Source of the DNA: Eledone cirrhosa
Taxonomy: Eukaryota
DNA: 64,000 bases
Direction: 5' to 3'
NCBI GenBank assembly: GCA_964016885.1
Contig: OZ024741.1
Location: 370,078,001-370,142,000 of the forward strand
Positions 13,538 through 28,400 of the stretch are shown one piece after another (the first letter of the stretch is position 1; each line of letters starts with the position of its first letter). The position numbers and the translations under genes were made by a program. Under the pieces are notes generated by a model. The model was not told where the DNA came from, did no database searches, and saw only the letters and a program-made list of their open reading frames with translations.

Positions 13538-13540
<3 letters not shown>
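13093..13540 (+). mobile_element. Diverged foldback element with tail, in (TA)n
   Basis: Imperfect palindrome ~13093-13369 with a GAAA-CAUAUG-UU hammerhead-like remnant. The tail 13435-13515 resembles 62190-62270. Confidence 0.65.
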
Positions 13541-13589
<49 letters not shown>

Positions 13590-13591
<2 letters not shown>

Positions 13592-13809
13592 GAACGATCG
13601 ACTTTCGTCAACTCGGACCGAGGAAACAATGTTTCCGTTGGTCTTTCCAGTTGCTAATACTATCTATCGGTCGCAACTCCAGGTAGATGGAGCAACGTGA
13701 AATAAAGTGTCTTGCTCAAGGACATAATGCATCGCCTGGTCCGGGAATCAAACTCTCAACTTCACGATTGTGAATCCAATTCTGTAACCACTCAGCCACA
13801 CGCTTTCAC

Positions 13810-13810
<1 letters not shown>
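13590..13810 (-). mobile_element. Family B CORE-like SINE
   Basis: Colinear with 3272-3489. Confidence 0.82.
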
Positions 13811-13896
<86 letters not shown>

Positions 13897-13931
13897 GTAT
13901 GTATGTATATATATATATAAATATACATATA

Positions 13932-14003
<72 letters not shown>

Positions 14004-14006
<3 letters not shown>

Positions 14007-16288
14007 ATGAAATATAAGAATCAAAGAACTGTTCAAAACATTATTGTGCTTACAGCTGTTTCCTCCAAACCGAGGTTTGGATTCTTCGGAGCAATTTATT
14101 AATGCATGGACAGTTATATGACCTCCTTTTCAGCCGAGAGACATACCAATACATATTCAAACATTGTGGGTCAACATTCATTACAGAATTTAGAGTGGCA
14201 GTACACACTTCGAGATTACATTTATATCAATAGGTACAATCAAAAATCAAAGATATAGGTTAAAGTACAACATGAAGATAAGTGGTTATATAGTGCAAAT
14301 GTTATATGTGTGGCACGCATGTGCGTCTTGTTTATATAGTGTGGCAGAGAGATATGTGTGGTAGAGGCACTTAGGTAGGTAAATAAGAGTGTTAGGTTGG
14401 TAGATCTGGTGGCGAAGTCTTTATATGATTGATATAGTCTGTGTGTGGAGAAATATTATAAGCATTAAAGATAGTGCAAGCATTAAAAGTGTTATAAGTA
14501 TTGGAGATGCACAGCGCAGGGATGTCAAGTAATCCATGTACTTCGGCATTTTCATGGTCAAGGGAGTGTATATTTCGATTATATGCCTTTCACATAATCC
14601 ACGACAATCCAGTTAGAGATCGTAGTCTGGTGTTCTTTAGTTCGATACAGGAGGTTGTTACGTTTCGAGAAACGCCATTGAATACCGGAAGTGTGTGTGT
14701 GGCTAAGGGGAGTTAATGCATGCGGGGAGGTAACTCTGGGGTTTCTATATCTAGCCAATAAAATGTGTCCCAATATAGACCCTAAATTCTATGGTGAGGT
14801 GCACCTTCCAAGAGAGACTTTTAAAGCATAAAGTGTACTAACTATAGAGTAGTTTAACTAAATTATGCTGAAGGTGATCATATTATTATTAAGGTGGATT
14901 AACCCATCATAAGGTGCTACAAATGGAAATTATAGATGATGAGCGAGGATTCTAAATTAATGATCTCTGTGGTTGTAGTCTGCTCATATGACCAGGCGCG
15001 GTGACTGCAGGATTGCTTCAGGACCCAATGATCTCTGGTAAGATCTGGGTCATCGCTTGCTACATTGGATGTCGAAAGATAATCGTCCCCAGGCAGGCCA
15101 AAGGTCAATCCGCAGTCCTCGCGACCCCTCTCTGACCGTCAGATCATCCATATACGTACAACCCGCACGGCAGTTGCATTGCATTCACTCACTGCGCTCA
15201 GCAGCCCGGTCCTACTGGTCAACAGCGCTACTCGATTAAATCATTTTACATCTGTCTAAGGAAGGTGTTTCCTCTGCCCAACACCATCCAACCGATCAAT
15301 TCATGCTCAAATTACCCTTAGAGCGGTGTAGTGCCGTCCAAGTGGGTGGATGTTGTCACACCTTAGACAGATGTAAAATGATTTAATCGAGTAGCGCTGT
15401 TGACCCTTAGCCACACACACACTTCCGGTATTCAATGGCGTTTCTCGAAACGTAACAACCTCCTGTATCGAACTAAAGAACACCAGACTACGATCTCTAA
15501 CTGGATTGTCGTGGATTATGTGAAAGGCATATAATCGAAATATACACTCCCTTGACCATGAAAATGCCGAAGTACATGGATTACTTGACATCCCTGCGCT
15601 GTGCATCTCCAATACTTATAACACTTTTAATGCTTGCACTATCTTTAATGCTTATAATATTTCTCCACACACAGACTATATCAATCATATAAAGACTTCG
15701 CCACCAGATCTACCAACCTAACACTCTTATTTACCTACCTAAGTGCCTCTACCACACATATCTCTCTGCCACACTATATAAACAAGACGCACATGCGTGC
15801 CACACATATAACATTTGCACTATATAACCACTTATCTTCATGTTGTACTTTAACCTATATCTTTGATTTTTGATTGTACCTATTGATATAAATGTAATCT
15901 CGAAGTGTGTACTGCCACTCTAAATTCTGTAATGAATGTTGACCCACAATGTTTGAATATGTATCAATGTTTGAATATGTATTGGTATGTCTCTCGGCTG
16001 AAAAGGAGGTCATATAACTGTCCATGCATTAATAAATTGCTCCGAAGAATCCAAACCTCGGTTTGGAGGAAACAGCTGTAAGCACAATAATGTTTTGAAC
16101 AGTTCTTTGATTCTTATATTTCATATAACTGCTCTGTAAATCATCTGATGTTTTTACATTGAGCTACTTAACTTACTGGTAATAAGGTAGTAATACATTA
16201 CTGCCTACCACTATTTAGGGTGTGTGTAAAATACTTACAACTGCCTAAGGTTTTGTGTTTACATAACCATAAATAGTATAACTAATAC

Positions 16289-16289
<1 letters not shown>
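14004..16289 (+). mobile_element. 2.3-kb foldback element (putative non-autonomous Penelope-like) with ~705-bp inverted arms and tail
   Basis: 14004-14709 is inverted at 15404-16127, and 15217-15261 at 15361-15405. Tail 16128-16289. (TA)n on both sides. Hammerhead-like motif in each arm. Confidence 0.85.
16038..16084 (+). ncRNA. Type-I hammerhead-like motif (C4 variant); mirror copy at ~14047-14093 on minus
   Basis: UGCU-CCGAAGA-a-UCCAAACC uc GGUUUGGA-g-GAAA-CAGCUG-UA-AGCA. Confidence 0.6.
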
Positions 16290-16319
<30 letters not shown>

Positions 16320-16502
16320 AATATGAGAAGGATACTGCGTGGTTGAACATGGGTTACATATTATAAAATTAGTCCCTCATCAGTGATTTGCCAACCGTCA
16401 TTGGTATTTCATCGCAATATATATATATGTATATATACATATATATACACATATATATATATGTATATATACATATATATACATATATATATACATATAT
16501 AT

Positions 16503-16573
<71 letters not shown>

Positions 16574-16584
16574 GTTATATATAG

Positions 16585-16689
<105 letters not shown>

Positions 16690-16694
16690 CGTTA

Positions 16695-16881
16695 TAATTG
16701 TTTCTACTTTTGCCACAAGTCCAGCAATTACCTAGTACATTACTGGTACTTTATTTTATCAACCCTGTAAGGATGAAAGGCAAAGTTAACTTCGGCGCGA
16801 TTTGAACTCAGAATAGCAAGGGGCGTAACTCTATGCGTCAAAGCATGCCGTCCGACCCTCTACCGATACTGCCAATCCACC
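16695..16881 (-). mobile_element. Family A SINE
   Basis: Full head-to-tail match to the family. On minus: A-box TGGCAGTATCGG, B-box GAGTTCAAATC, Meta-like gcctttcatccttac.gggt.gataaaa. Confidence 0.85.
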
Positions 16882-17046
16882 ATGATATCCGTAGGTGTGA
16901 AAAGGAAAAAGGAAAACACCGCTCAATCAGGAAGTGTAGAAATATTATATTATTTATTTCTGATGAGTGCCTGGAGAAAGGTCACTAATGTCTCTTGTAT
17001 TCTGGAGGTATGGCCAAATTTCTTCCGTGTATGAACATAAATAAAA

Positions 17047-17221
17047 TAATTGTTTCTACTTTTGGCACTAGTCCAGCAATTACCATGTGAATTACTGGTA
17101 CTTTATTTTATCGACCCCGTAAGGATGAAAGGCAAAGTTAACCACGGCGGGATTTGAACTCAGAATGACAAGGGCCGTACGTCAAAGCATAGCGTCCGAC
17201 CCTCTACCGATACTGCCAATC
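17047..17221 (-). mobile_element. Family A SINE
   Basis: Same family match; flanked by cataaataa direct repeats. Confidence 0.85.
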
Positions 17222-17286
17222 ATAAATAATATAAGATAATATAACACAGACACACACACAGACACGCACAGACACACACACACACA

Positions 17287-17344
<58 letters not shown>

Positions 17345-17499
17345 CATATATATATGTATATATATGTATATATATGTGTGTGTGTGTTATAATCCTGTAA
17401 ATCTCTGTAAATGTCTTCACTGAAATATTGTCATTTTATCCATTTCGGGTTTAAATTCAGCAAACAATAACGTAGAAATATTCTTATATGCACACAAAC

Positions 17500-17708
<209 letters not shown>

Positions 17709-18274
17709 TTATAGATCACACAATTAGGCAAAAAAGGGATACATACAAGCACCCGCATACACAGGCATACACACACATACACACACATACACACAGACAC
17801 ACATATTGATGCACACAAACACACAGACTCACATACACATATAATGAGAGTGAAAGGGAGAATAGAATGGGAGAAAGAGAGAGAATAAGGAGGAATGAGA
17901 AGAAAAAGAAGAAGAAAACGAAGAAGAGATCTATCACCCCAAACATAAATAAAAGAACGCCGTTAAATCGAATTACAGCCAACACAACAATTGCGATCTT
18001 TGCCAGCGTTGGTGTTCCCTGATATCTGTAAAGACGCCATATTGACTGACCCCTCTAGCTGAAAGGCGGCCCCAGTCAGGAATTACGTCCAGGCAATTTA
18101 ACACACATCACTGACGATTCAGAAATCTCGACAAGAATGCATTTATGTATGTATGTATGTATGTATGTATGTATGTATGTATGTATGTGAATATATATAT
18201 ATATATATGTTTGTGTGTGTGTGTGTGTATGTGTGTGTTTATATACATACATATATATATTTATATATATATAT

Positions 18275-18331
<57 letters not shown>

Positions 18332-18332
18332 C

Positions 18333-18409
<77 letters not shown>

Positions 18410-18441
18410 CATATATATATATATATACATATATATATATT

Positions 18442-18474
<33 letters not shown>

Positions 18475-18486
18475 TTACATATATAC

Positions 18487-18647
<161 letters not shown>

Positions 18648-18749
18648 TATATATATATATATAATATGTATAATGGATATATGAATACTTTCCTACACAT
18701 TTCATTTCACCGTACATTGATCATGATAATGATTGTGACGACAACCACA

Positions 18750-18781
<32 letters not shown>

Positions 18782-18889
18782 AGTGATGATGATGATGATG
18801 ATAGTGATGATAGTGAAGGTTGTGATTGTTGTATTTCGTTGTATTGCTTTTTAAATGTTTTCCTTTTTTGGCATTACTGAACTCCCCCG

Positions 18890-19026
<137 letters not shown>

Positions 19027-19324
19027 TTGTGTGTGTAAATATATATGTATGTATGTATATAAGTATGTTCTGCTGATTTTATAATTTCACAATATGTATG
19101 TATGTATGTATGTATGTATGCATGTATGTATGTATGTATGTATGTATGTATGTATGTATGTATGTATACACAGAGTGAGAGAGATATGTTAGTGTATGTT
19201 TCTGTGTTGTATACTTTAAATACATTTTCGCTTTAAGATATTGTTTTCATTATTGCATTATCAAACCAACCATACATTTCATTGAATCAGGTGAAAATAC
19301 AACACAACACAAATACATAGATTA

Positions 19325-19355
<31 letters not shown>

Positions 19356-19871
19356 TGTATGTATGTATGTATGTATGTATGTATGTATGTATGTCTGTAA
19401 GTATGTATGTACGTATGTATGGCTGCATGTATGTATGTACGTACGTATGTATGTACGTACGTATGTACGTATGTATGCATGTATATGTGTATGTATAAGA
19501 GTCAGCGGCCATCCAAAAGTGTGTAACTATGTATATACACATGTACATATGTATGTATATGTATATGTGTATATACATGGGTGCATGTGTATGTATGTGT
19601 GTATGTATGTGTGTATGTGTGTATGTATGTATGTATGTACGTACCTACGTATGAATGTATGTATGCATGTATGTATTACGTACGTGTATATGTATCTATA
19701 TATATTTCCATGACACCATTTATACAATAGTAATTTCCGGACCGGCGCCTGTTAAAATTAACCGTGTGACTTATTCTGCATTAACATTCGCCAGTGGAGA
19801 AATCTGTCAGAATATTAATATATATATTCTTATCCTCCATACTATGTGTTGATTGCGCTTTTGTACCCATT

Positions 19872-19961
<90 letters not shown>

Positions 19962-19963
<2 letters not shown>

Positions 19964-20211
19964 ACGAAGGAAATGTGGTAAGGAACCAGGTGGACCATAA
20001 AGCACCAAAGTACTCAATACTTCGGGTAGTAGAGTTGGTAATATATATATATATATATATATATATAGGAAAAAATTTACCCCGACAGCAGAGCTCAAGC
20101 CGTTTCGACGGCTATTTCTGGACTTTTTTCTATTACCCACTCTACTACCCTAAGTATTGAGTACTCTGGTGCGTTATGGTCCATCTGGTTTCTTACCACA
20201 CCTCCTTCGTT
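19962..20211. mobile_element. 'taacgaagg' foldback element with inverted termini, in (TA)n
   Basis: Starts taacgaaggaaatgtggtaagg and ends cttaccacactccttcgtta. Relatives at 34580, 45033 and 48667. Confidence 0.8.
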
Positions 20212-20400
20212 ATATATATATATATATAGATATATCTTCGCGCTGGTGGTTTGAAATCCTGTAAATGAAAACACACTCTCCTGTATTTTTCCTCTCTCTA
20301 TATTATATTTTAAAGTGCCCAGGAAAACTCTTTCCTTTGAGCTCTTTGAATTACAGGATTATACGCGAGCCGTTTACCCCGTTATTTTACTTACTATATA

Positions 20401-20750
<350 letters not shown>

Positions 20751-20755
20751 CTCTC

Positions 20756-20798
<43 letters not shown>

Positions 20799-20842
20799 TA
20801 TGTGTGTGTGTATAAAATATATAAAATATACATATATATATC

Positions 20843-20926
<84 letters not shown>

Positions 20927-20946
20927 ATATTATTCAAAATATTAAT

Positions 20947-21522
20947 AAATGAAGACGTTCACATAATCAAAATATATGTTTTATTATATATATTTCGGAG
21001 GTACTGTGCTGTTTTTTCAGTACGTCCTCGTCAGATAAAATACATCAATTGATGTATGACATACCTCAACTGCCTTGATGGTTCAATTCCAGTCTTGGCA
21101 GTGATTTATTACAACAAATCTCAATATTTATATACCACAAATAATAACATGATAAACTTAAATGTGATGAATATCTCGCTCTTACATCCTCTTCTTCATC
21201 ACATTTAAGTTTATCATGTTATTATTTGTGGTATATAAATATTGAGATTTGTTGTAGTAAATCACTACCAATATTGGAATTGAACCATCAAGACAGTTGA
21301 GGTATGTCATACATCAATTCATGTATTTTATCTGACGAGGACGTACTGAAAAAACGGCACACTACCTCCGAAATATATATAATAAAACATATATTTTGAT
21401 TATGTGAACGTCTTCATTTTGAATAATATTAATAACTCCAGTAAACTTCATTGTAGAGTGCTTTTAATCTATTGTAAAACTATATTCATTGAGTAATCAA
21501 TGAACCATATTAATCTTTGGTT
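20947..21522 (+). mobile_element. Foldback element with ~225-bp arms, hammerheads and tail
   Basis: 20947-21171 is inverted at 21195-21419. Tail to ~21522. TA tracts on both sides. Confidence 0.85.
20979..21040 (-). ncRNA. Canonical-core type-I hammerhead ribozyme (mirror at 21326-21387 +)
   Basis: UUUUAU-CUGACGA-GGAcGUACUG...CAGUACcUCC-GAAA-UAUAUA-UA-AUAAAA. Six-bp stem I and complete core. Confidence 0.78.
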
Positions 21523-22099
21523 ATATATATATATGTATGTATGTATATTTATATACATATATATATAATATCTATGTATGTGTGTGTGTGTTTGTCTATG
21601 TGTATATACATATATATGTGGATGTATCATCTATTATCTCATTACTCGGACAGCTTCTGGCTTCGATGTTGCTTGTGCATTTACGATGAGAAAGTGTAGT
21701 GTAGGATACTGAATACAACCTAAACCCCAAACCTCCGTACCGAGAGAACTATGAATACCAAGAAAGATGGCCGACTTGGCAGAAAGCTTACAATGAAATC
21801 ACCAATGGCTTTATTGAACGTTATTAACTTCCTCCCTTTAGGGTTCCGGTTTTCAAATATTGCCAACATCGAGATTATCATGTATCCCTTCGGGCTGTCC
21901 TCAGAATTAAGTAGCGGCAGCACACAATATCACTATTATATATTTAATCGATTATACATTATACGGGGAAAATCAATAATTCCCATGTACTAGTAAAAGG
22001 AAATCGATAATTTCATATAAAATATATTTTCTGTCATATTTTCATATTTAGATACGGTACACAGGTATAATTTGTAGCTCTGGTCATGTATCTATCCGC

Positions 22100-22131
<32 letters not shown>

Positions 22132-22249
22132 CTGTCTCCTAAACACACACACACAATCACACATACACACGCACGCACATACATACACGGTTTGGTTTAA
22201 GAAGTATTATGAACTTTCATATTTGAAATATAGTCATCCAGCTTATAAT

Positions 22250-22670
22250 AATGGTTTCTTATATAGGCACAAGGCCAGTAATTTGGGGGAGGGTAAAGTC
22301 GATTAAATCGACCCCAGTGCGTGACTGGTACTTTATTGGTAAGGATGAAAGGCAAAGGTAACCTCGGCAGGATTTGAACTCAGACCGTAAAAGGGTGTAA
22401 CTCTAGGCTGCAAAGCATGGCGTCCGACTCTCTACCGATACTGCCAATCCACCGCCCGTATCCCACCTATAATAGTGCTTTCAATTTTTGGGGAGAGGAA
22501 TTCAATTAAATCATCCCCAGTGCGTGACTGGTACTTTATTTTATCGACCCCGTAAGGATGAAAGGCAAAGTTAACCTCGGCGGGATTTGAACTCAGATCA
22601 TAAAGGGCCGTAACTCTGTGCTGTAAAGCATGGCGCCCGACTCTCTACCGCTACTGCCAATCCACTGCGC
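22250..22670 (-). mobile_element. Two tandem family A SINEs (22250-22457, 22475-22670)
   Basis: Both match the family; tatcccacctataata at 22459-22474 and 22672-22687. Confidence 0.85.
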
Positions 22671-22971
22671 TTATCCCACCTATAATAATAATCGAACACT
22701 ATATGTAATAGTTGAGGAAATCGGTCAAAGTACCCTTAGAGACGGAAAAAATGAACAAACCACGCATTTCTCATATTTTCCTAAATGCTTTATAGGACAA
22801 TCAGGTTTTACACTTGTCTAAAGATTAAGTATCGACAGCCAACTATTGGTGGCTAACTCCACTAGAGTGTAAGGGTTAACAGTGGTACATTACACTCAAC
22901 TATTATTTAGAATATCCGATTATTATCAGTCATTTGCGTTGGAATGTGTAACATTTCATTTCAAATCCCAC

Positions 22972-23016
<45 letters not shown>

Positions 23017-23029
23017 CATATGTAGTTAC

Positions 23030-23126
<97 letters not shown>

Positions 23127-23127
23127 C

Positions 23128-23350
<223 letters not shown>

Positions 23351-23356
23351 CATATG

Positions 23357-23444
<88 letters not shown>

Positions 23445-23789
23445 TATGTTTTGCGAGGTTTTTTATATATATATATATATAAAACCTATATATATATATA
23501 TATTATATACATGGGATTTGAAATACATGCATATATACGCCACACACACACACGTACATACAAATGGGCCGAAAGATGGAGGGGGGGGGTAGGAGGAGAC
23601 ATATCCATACTGTACATTCCTATTATTTATATGTATCTAAATTGATGATGCTACGACCTTATAGCAATGATAACAAACCTTATCAAAACCAGACCAGCAA
23701 ATGTTTGATTCAGTTTTATTGCTCTGATCATATTTCATTCAATCCAGGCAGAGAGCGTTCTGGAAGGCTAGGCTCGATATATATGTGTG

Positions 23790-23820
<31 letters not shown>

Positions 23821-23857
23821 GTATATATATATGTATATATATCTATATCTCTATATA

Positions 23858-23962
<105 letters not shown>

Positions 23963-23975
23963 GTATATATGTATG

Positions 23976-24006
<31 letters not shown>

Positions 24007-24188
24007 GTGTGTGTATGTATATATATATATATATGTGTGTATATATATATAATAGAGAGTATTCTGAAAGGATCGGTTGTGTGTATATAGCCAAAAGTAG
24101 TTTTTTTTTAATCTAGTCTGTAGCTCTCTAGGCAAGATTACAGGGTGTGTATGTTATTATGTATTTACGTACGTATGTATGTGTATGC

Positions 24189-24305
<117 letters not shown>

Positions 24306-24960
24306 AATGAGTGAGTACGTACGTATTTGTCCGCATGTATATCCATATCTATATCTATATATATAGTTTAATGAGTCCGATCCAACGCTTGTTGCTCTGG
24401 ATTTTCAAAGGCGTATTTACAATTGAGCAAAGAGAAAAACACTGGGTGCGCAGAGAGGCAACATATCTCTAATGCTAGATTTAGCAAGGACAGATGGTGG
24501 ATGGGGAAAGGGGAGACGTCTGCTGTGTACGGGGAGTTAAATGGCACAGACACACTAAATCAATGACAATTCTCAAGTATATGAGGAGATGGGATTTGCG
24601 GAATATTCTTGCACTTTTGGTAAGAGAGGGAAGAGAAATTCCACATCTTTATCAAACTATACCTAGCAGCTAAAAGAACAGACTCAGGAATTGGGCAGGT
24701 CTCTATAAGATAGAATGTCCTCCCCTTTAGTTAAAATACATCTGGCATATAAAAGAACGAGATATTTAGTACTTCTTATAGGGTGAAGCGCATCCAACTC
24801 ATTGTCAAAATATACTTATCGTATAAAGAACCAAAAAAGTGAGCAATCCTTCTATAACACTTTATAGTGTAGAGAAAGGCGTAGAGTGTATAACGGAGAT
24901 GGCACGAGAGATCTACTGTGAGAGATAGGAAATCTTGTATGTATGTGTGTGTACATAAAT

Positions 24961-25026
<66 letters not shown>

Positions 25027-25083
25027 TGATTTAAAACTGCACTATCCACAAGTGTTTTTTAACCTTCATATCATGTCTTCCTG

Positions 25084-25150
25084 TTTTATCTGATGAAAAC
25101 ACAAATATTATTGCATGATGATATTTGTTTTTGAAATGCGCATAATAAAA
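25084..25150 (+). ncRNA. Canonical-core type-I hammerhead ribozyme in a ~160-bp island between (TA)n tracts
   Basis: UUUUAU-CUGAUGA-[long stem II ACAAAUAUUAUU/GAUGAUAUUUGU]-GAAA-UGCGCA-UA-AUAAAA. Confidence 0.8.
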
Positions 25151-25182
25151 TACATGGAACTCTTTTAACCATCTTTTGTTCT

Positions 25183-25243
<61 letters not shown>

Positions 25244-25499
25244 CACATCTATACATACATCTATACACCATACCAAATTTTGAAGAGAAGGTGTGCGCAG
25301 GCGCACAGCTACCAACGACAAGAAGGACGCATATAGTTAATTGCTTCAGTTAGTAGGGAAGTGATTACAAGAATTGGCGTCATTAATTAATCACGTGTGT
25401 TACGTCATCAAATAATTAATTAATTAGTAACGTATCGAAAGTCCTTAATTGAATAAATAATGATTTAATTTCTATTCTAACTTATCTTTCTTTGGTAAT

Positions 25500-28400
25500 G
25501 TTTTTGTTGTTTCTTACTGTTTATTAATTTGTTGTTGTTGTTGCTGTTGTTATTTTTACTGCCATTGATGGTTTTGTTGTTGGTGTTTTTAATGTTGCTG
25601 CTGTTGTTTTTACTGTTGTTGATCGTCTTGTAGTTGTTGTTTGTTAATCTGGTTGGTGTTGCTTGTTAATGTAGTTTTTAATGTTATTTTTACTGTCGTT
25701 GATGGCCTTGTTGCTTGTTACTGTTGTTGTTGTTGTTGTTTGTTACTGTTGTTGTTGTTGTTGTTTGTTAATGTTGTTGTTGTTGTTGTTTGTTACTGTT
25801 GTTGTTGTTGTTGTTTGTTACTGTTGTTGTTGTTGTTGTTTGTTACTGTTGTTGTTGTTGTTGTTGTTGTTGTTTGTTAATGTTGTTGTTCTTGTTGCTT
25901 GTTACTGTTGTTGTTGTTTGTTAATGTTGTTGTTCCTGTTGCTTGTTACTGTTGTTGTTGTTTGTTAATGTTGTTGTTGTTGCTTGTTACTGTTGTTGTT
26001 GTTTGTTAATGTTGTTGTTGCTTGTTACTGTTGTTGTTTGTTAATGTTGTTGTTGTTGCTTGTTACTGTTGTTGTTTGTTAATGTTGTTGTTGTTGCTTG
26101 TTACTGTTGTTGTTTGTTAATGTTGTTGTTGTTGCTTGTTACTGTTGTTGTTTGTTAATGTTGTTGTTGTTGCTTGTTACTGTTGTTGTTGTTTGTTAAT
26201 GTTGTTGTTGTTGCTTGTTACTGTTGTTGTTGTTTGTTAATGTTGTTGTTGTTGTTGTTGTTGTTGTTTGTTAATGTTGTTGTTGTTGCTTGTTACTGTT
26301 GTTGTTGTTTGTTAATGTTGTTGTTGTTGCTTGTTACTGTTGTTGTTGTTTGTTAATGTTGTTGTTGTTGCTTGTTACTGTTGTTGTTGTTTGTTAATGT
26401 TGTTGTTGTTGTTTGTTAATGTTGTTGTTCTTGTTGCTTGTTACTGTTGTTGTTGTTTGTTAATGTTGTTGTTGTTGCTTGTTACTGTTGTTGTTGTTTG
26501 TTAATGTTGTTGTTGTTGTTGTTGTTGTTGTTTGTTAATGTTGTTGTTGTTGCTTGTTACTGTTGTTGTTGTTTGTTAATGTTGTTGTTGTTGCTTGTTA
26601 CTGTTGTTGTTGTTTGTTAATGTTGTTGTTGCTTGTTACTGTTGTTGTTGTTTGTTAATGTTGTTGTTGTTGCTTGTTACTGTTGTTGTTGTTTGTTAAT
26701 GTTGTTGTTGTTGCTTGTTACTGTTGTTGTTGTTTGTTAATGTTGTTGTTGTTGTTTGTTAATGTTGTTGTTGTTGCTTGTTACTGTTGTTGTTTGTTAA
26801 TGTTGTTGTTGTTGCTTGTTACTGTTGTTGTTGTTTGTTAATGTTGTTGTTGTTGCTTGTTACTGTTGTTGTTGTTTGTTAATGTTGTTGTTGTTGCTTG
26901 TTACTGTTGTTGTTGTTTGTTAATGTTGTTGTTGTTGCTTGTTACTGTTGTTGTTGTTTGTTAATGTTGTTGTTGTTGCTTGTTACTGTTGTTGTTGTTT
27001 GTTAATGTTGTTGTTGTTGCTTGTTACTGTTGTTGTTTGTTAATGTTGTTGTTGTTGCTTGTTACTGTTGTTGTTGTTTGTTAATGTTGTTGTTGTTGCT
27101 TGTTACTGTTGTTGTTGTTTGTTAATGTTGTTGTTGTTGCTTGTTACTGTTGTTGTTGTTTGTTAATGTTGTTGTTGTTGCTTGTTACTGTTGTTGTTGT
27201 TTGTTAATGTTGTTGTTGTTGCTTGTTACTGTTGTTGTTGTTTGTTAATGTTGTTGTTGTTGCTTGTTACTGTTGTTGTTGTTTGTTAATGTTGTTGTTG
27301 TTGCTTGTTACTGTTGTTGTTGTTTGTTAATGTTGTTGTTGTTGTTTGTTAATGTTGTTGTTCTTGTTGCTTGTTACTGTTGTTGTTGTTTGTTAATGTT
27401 GTTGTTGTTGCTTGTTACTGTTGTTGTTGTTTGTTAATGTTGTTGTTGTTGTTGTTGTTGTTGTTTGTTAATGTTGTTGTTGTTGCTTGTTACTGTTGTT
27501 GTTGTTTGTTAATGTTGTTGTTGTTGCTTGTTACTGTTGTTGTTGTTTGTTAATGTTGTTGTTGTTGCTTGTTACTGTTGTTGTTGTTTGTTAATGTTGT
27601 TGTTGTTGCTTGTTACTGTTGTTGTTGTTTGTTAATGTTGTTGTTGTTGCTTGTTACTGTTGTTGTTGTTTGTTAATGTTGTTGTTGTTGTTTGTTAATG
27701 TTGTTGTTGTTGCTTGTTACTGTTGTTGTTTGTTAATGTTGTTGTTGTTGCTTGTTACTGTTGTTGTTGTTTGTTAATGTTGTTGTTGTTGCTTGTTACT
27801 GTTGTTGTTGTTTGTTAATGTTGTTGTTGTTGCTTGTTACTGTTGTTGTTGTTTGTTAATGTTGTTGTTGTTGCTTGTTACTGTTGTTGTTGTTTGTTAA
27901 TGTTGTTGTTGTTGCTTGTTACTGTTGTTGTTGTTTGTTAATGTTGTTGTTGTTGCTTGTTACTGTTGTTGTTTGTTAATGTTGTTGTTGTTGCTTGTTA
28001 CTGTTGTTGTTGTTTGTTAATGTTGTTGTTGTTGCTTGTTACTGTTGTTGTTGTTTGTTAATGTTGTTGTTGTTGCTTGTTACTGTTGTTGTTGTTTGTT
28101 AATGTTGTTGTTGTTGCTTGTTACTGTTGTTGTTGTTTGTTAATGTTGTTGTTGTTGCTTGTTACTGTTGTTGTTGTTTGTTAATGTTGTTGTTGTTGCT
28201 TGTTACTGTTGTTGTTGTTTGTTAATGTTGTTGTTGTTGCTTGTTACTGTTGTTGTTGTTTGTTAATGTTGTTGTTGTTGTTTGTTAATGTTGTTGTTGT
28301 TGCTTGTTACTGTTGTTGTTTGTTAATGTTGTTGTTGTTGCTTGTTAATGTTGTTGTTGTTGCTTGTTAATGTTGTTGTTGTTTGTTAATGCTGTTGTTG

